Assembly: GCA_965203295.1 (NCBI GenBank) | Contig: CBDBCZ010000019.1 | Location: forward strand, 2,656,001 to 2,720,000 | Source of the DNA: Nitrospirales bacterium | GTDB lineage: Bacteria > Nitrospirota > Nitrospiria > Nitrospirales > UBA8639 | Length of the DNA: 64,000 nucleotides | Reading direction: 5' to 3' | Shown here: in pieces, positions 60,913 through 64,000 of the stretch | How the letters are laid out: each line of letters starts with the position of its first letter | Numbering within the stretch: the first letter of the stretch is position 1 | Translations under genes and position numbers: made by a program | The notes under the pieces: generated by a model | What the model was told of the DNA's origin: nothing | What the model saw: only the letters and a program-made list of their open reading frames with translations | Database searches by the model: none

Positions 60913-61569
60913 ATGAAAGATTCAGAAATTCACCACGTTCATCGCCTGGTTAAGAAAGCCATTGTCCAGTGGCGGGAACCTGTTGTCGGAATTATTGCAC
61001 AAGAATCGCGTGATCCTTTTCGAATTCTTATTGCCTGTGTTTTAAGTCTCAGGACCAAAGACAGAACAACGGCTGAGGCTGCAGAACGGTTATTCAAACG
61101 CGCCGATAATCCCACCTCTGTATTAAAGATTCCCCGTCGTCAATTAGAAAACACCATCTACCCTGTAGGGTTTTATCGGAACAAGGCCAAACAAATTCAC
61201 CAAATTTGTCAATCCATTCTTCAGAACTTTGCCGGGAAAGTTCCCGGTACTATTGAAGAACTCTTAACACTCAATGGCGTGGGGAGAAAGACCGCTAATC
61301 TTGTTGTGACGGTTGGATATAACAAGCCTGGAATTTGTGTGGACATTCATGTCTACCGGATTTGTAACAGGTGGGGATATGTCAAAACCACACGTCCTGA
61401 CCAGACAGAAGAAATGCTTCGAAACAAACTCCCGCGTCGTTATTGGATTACCTTTAACGATCTGTTAGTTCCATTCGGACAAAATCTCTGTCGCCCAATT
61501 TCGCCCTATTGTAGTCAGTGCCCCGTCGCTCGATATTGTGCCAAGGTAGGAGTTCAAACGTCTCGTTAG
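60913..61569 (+). CDS. nth: Endonuclease III
   Basis: HhH GVGRKTANLV, VDIHV, C-x6-C-x2-C-x5-C Fe-S motif. Confidence 0.93.
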   Translation: MKDSEIHHVHRLVKKAIVQWREPVVGIIAQESRDPFRILIACVLSLRTKDRTTAEAAERLFKRADNPTSVLKIPRRQLENTIYPVGFYRNKAKQIHQICQSILQNFAGKVPGTIEELLTLNGVGRKTANLVVTVGYNKPGICVDIHVYRICNRWGYVKTTRPDQTEEMLRNKLPRRYWITFNDLLVPFGQNLCRPISPYCSQCPVARYCAKVGVQTSR

Positions 61570-61620
61570 GTTGTCTGTACTATTGACTGGTAGGATTCCA
61601 ATAGTTTGTCCCTCTTCACA

Positions 61621-61826
61621 GTTTTTGCCGTCTTGAGCGCGGCTGAGCCACTGTCCCGAATCGACTTCTCGGCGAGGGCTATTTCAGCGCAGCGAGTTCC
61701 CGAGCCATCTTGATTTAGGACAATGGCGAAGAGACCTCAAAGAGGCCGCGCACGGGCGGAATGGTTGTGGGTCCTTTTACCGAAACAAAAAGACCTCGTC
61801 AGCGGAGGCGATACCCCGCTCAAAAA
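61621..61826 (-). repeat. Diverged copy of the dispersed structured repeat
   Basis: Reverse complement TTTGAGCGGGGTATCGCCTCCGC...GGTCTTTTTGTTTCGGTAAAAGGACC...AACTCGCTGCGCT. Confidence 0.82.
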
Positions 61827-61904
61827 TCATAACCATGAATATGGCAAGAAGTCCTAAAGCTCCGCGCCAGAGAGAAAGGAAAAAGGAAAGACGAAGGAGG
61901 GCGG

Positions 61905-62324
61905 TTAGATAAACAAGGTGGTTTCAGCCCCAGAGGCCATGAAAAGAATAGCCGGTAATCCCATCACCTCATCAACCTGTCTCGCCACAGCGTCCGCATC
62001 CACACCCATATACTCTAACCCAGCGCTACAGGCGACCAAACGAAACTGCCCAACCATTCTGGCTTCTTGAAACATTTCGGAAATCAGAGGAACCTTGCGC
62101 TCCTTCAGGAGCCGTCCCACCTCCTCACTGGAACTGCTATACTCTGGTGGAAAATCCACGGTGTTAATTTTCCCCTCTGCTAACTTTTTTATCGTCCAAA
62201 ACAATAACACCACAGTCACATCTTTCCCCATGGCTGCCGCGGTTAAGCCCAAAGTTGCCACCTGGTGAAGTTTATCGTAGGTGGCATTGTGTGAGTAAAT
62301 GATGAAGCGGGGTTGCTGGCTCAC
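61905..62324 (-). CDS. DsrE/DsrF-like family protein
   Basis: AAAMGKDV, LVACSAGLE, C-terminal TLFI. Confidence 0.8.
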   Translation of the reverse strand: MSQQPRFIIYSHNATYDKLHQVATLGLTAAAMGKDVTVVLLFWTIKKLAEGKINTVDFPPEYSSSSEEVGRLLKERKVPLISEMFQEARMVGQFRLVACSAGLEYMGVDADAVARQVDEVMGLPAILFMASGAETTLFI

Positions 62325-62437
62325 GGAAACCTAATAAGGGAAGAATCGTTATTGGTTCTCGTTTGACGTGGAGGATCTCACCTGTTGCCTAGACGAACAA
62401 AAAAGCGACGCAATTGAGGCCACAAACCGATACGATC

Positions 62438-63178
62438 TCAGTTCCGGTTCAATTGGATGAGCGTCCCTCGTGAAGACCCTCCCTGGCCCCAATCATCCTG
62501 TTCAAACATCAAGCAACACTTTAATCGACCGCACACACCAATCCGATGACTATCTGAGGCCCAGGCCCCCTCAATCCTGGAGAACCTTTGGTTAACCGGC
62601 TTAAAATCCGTGAGAAAGCTCGCACAACAGAGCACGAGACCGCACGTATCAACGCCACTAATACAGCGAGCTTCTTCTCGGCTAGAAATTTGTTGCATTT
62701 CAATTCGGCAACTAAAGTGCCGAGCCAGGTCTTTGACCAGTTGGCGGAAATCAATTCGACCATCCGCCGTATAAGAAAAGGTTAAGACCCGACGCTCAAA
62801 AGCTCCATACACTTCAACAAGTTTCATGCGAAGCCCTAAGGCCAACGCGCGCTCCCGGCAGTAATCCATGCCTTCCTTCGCGAGACGCTTTTGGTTCGAT
62901 ATTGACATAGTATCTTCGTCGGTGGCTTTACGTAATATTCTTTTCATCACGCGCATCGGTGGAATAAATGGCAAGACTTGAGGATGGATCACAACGAGAC
63001 CATAGGTGAGATCCTCATCAAGTTGAAGAATGACATGATCACCGACCTGCAAGGACGATATAGTGGTCCGGGCTTTCTTCGTTTCTCCTAATTCTCGAAC
63101 TCTTACCCCGACAACAGTGACCGTTTCCGGGAAAGGAGATTCTCCTTCTACATCTGGGGAAATTTCTCGCTCATCCAT
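62438..63178 (-). CDS. PSP1-domain (RicT/YaaT-like) protein
   Basis: RIDFRQLVKDL, CGLVLCC, GVCGRLKCCL. Confidence 0.88.
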   Translation of the reverse strand: MDEREISPDVEGESPFPETVTVVGVRVRELGETKKARTTISSLQVGDHVILQLDEDLTYGLVVIHPQVLPFIPPMRVMKRILRKATDEDTMSISNQKRLAKEGMDYCRERALALGLRMKLVEVYGAFERRVLTFSYTADGRIDFRQLVKDLARHFSCRIEMQQISSREEARCISGVDTCGLVLCCASFLTDFKPVNQRFSRIEGAWASDSHRIGVCGRLKCCLMFEQDDWGQGGSSRGTLIQLNRN

Positions 63179-63284
63179 GGTACGTACTGGCTCTCATTCT
63201 AGAGGATGGTACTCAGTCCTAACATAACCTGGCTCAAAGGGGCAAGAATCCTACTCATGAGTCCACTCATTCAACACAATCCAA

Positions 63285-64000
63285 TCAGGAACTCCCAGTA
63301 CGAAGAAACGGAGGTACAGGATGATCCAATTGGTACAAACTCATGGGAGCGAAATCACTTTGAGATCCGACGACTTCGAATTTCCCTTCAGCGTGACCCC
63401 GGAAAATATCGAGTGCTCGACTATAGTGGTAGTGACACCCTAACGGACGGAGTGCATCTCCTAAGGATGCCGGTGGTTCCCAATGCGCCGTGAGCAGAGC
63501 GGTCCGCGCAGGGTTTCTCTCGCTAAACATAAACGAGAGATGATCCGGGTACCAGTCAGCCCCTCCGGTGGCATAAGACACAAAAAGCCGGGCCTGGGCT
63601 TGCGTGACCAATTCTGTGTGGTAACGATTAGTCAAAAAGCCGTTTTCACCCACGTCAAACCATTTTCCTGGAGGGGAGAGGCTTGCATGCGCCGCGTAGG
63701 TCCGAATCTCGTAGAGTTGCTGTTGAGAGGCAAAGAGAACGGAGATTGGTCCGTACCGTTCAACTAACCCTGCTATCACGGCATCTTTCACAGCGGATTT
63801 CCCGTCATTCGTAGGTCCGCTATCAGCGTGAACGAGAACGTTCTGCCCTCGATCAACGATTAAATAGCAATTGCGAGGGAGCTCAAGATCACACGGGTCT
63901 TCTCCATAGAATGGTACGGATACTACTTCACTTCCTTCAAATTTCCAACTTTCCCCATGAGCCAATTCCACCACATTTGTAAAACCCAATTCACGAAGTA
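63285..64000 (-). CDS. MBL-fold-like hydrolase, C-terminal part (5' end outside window)
   Basis: VPFYGE, NCYLI and LVHADS resemble MBL-fold strands; frame is open to the window edge. Confidence 0.5.
   Translation of the reverse strand, partial: LRELGFTNVVELAHGESWKFEGSEVVSVPFYGEDPCDLELPRNCYLIVDRGQNVLVHADSGPTNDGKSAVKDAVIAGLVERYGPISVLFASQQQLYEIRTYAAHASLSPPGKWFDVGENGFLTNRYHTELVTQAQARLFVSYATGGADWYPDHLSFMFSERNPARTALLTAHWEPPASLGDALRPLGCHYHYSRALDIFRGHAEGKFEVVGSQSDFAPMSLYQLDHPVPPFLRTGSS

Overview
Bacterial chromosomal window, most likely from a marine Nitrospirota (Nitrospirales-like) organism. This is an inference from gene content, gene order and repeat types, not from a search. The housekeeping genes are intact: rng-dprA-topA, tig-clpP-clpX, tRNA-Ser-ffs-dnaX-ybaB-recR, prfC, ugd, pntAA/AB/B, rpsU and nth, plus tRNA-Leu and tRNA-Gly. 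Many accessory genes are broken: suhB, purU, an FMN reductase, a TetR regulator, a YbbP-like permease, alkA, a DUF3313 gene, a methyltransferase and an IS3 remnant. Several of these are broken by exact 10-22 bp tandem duplications, which suggests recent genome erosion. Three things stand out. (i) Five co-oriented HEAT/PBS-lyase repeat genes are headed by an apparently catalytically dead alkaline-phosphatase-fold protein and a small exported protein. (ii) A BCCT transporter and a fused GSMT-SDMT glycine-betaine synthesis gene sit inside that cluster. (iii) A dispersed ~220 nt structured repeat shows compensatory base changes between copies, alongside nested MITE/REP elements. No CRISPR array, rRNA or prophage was seen.
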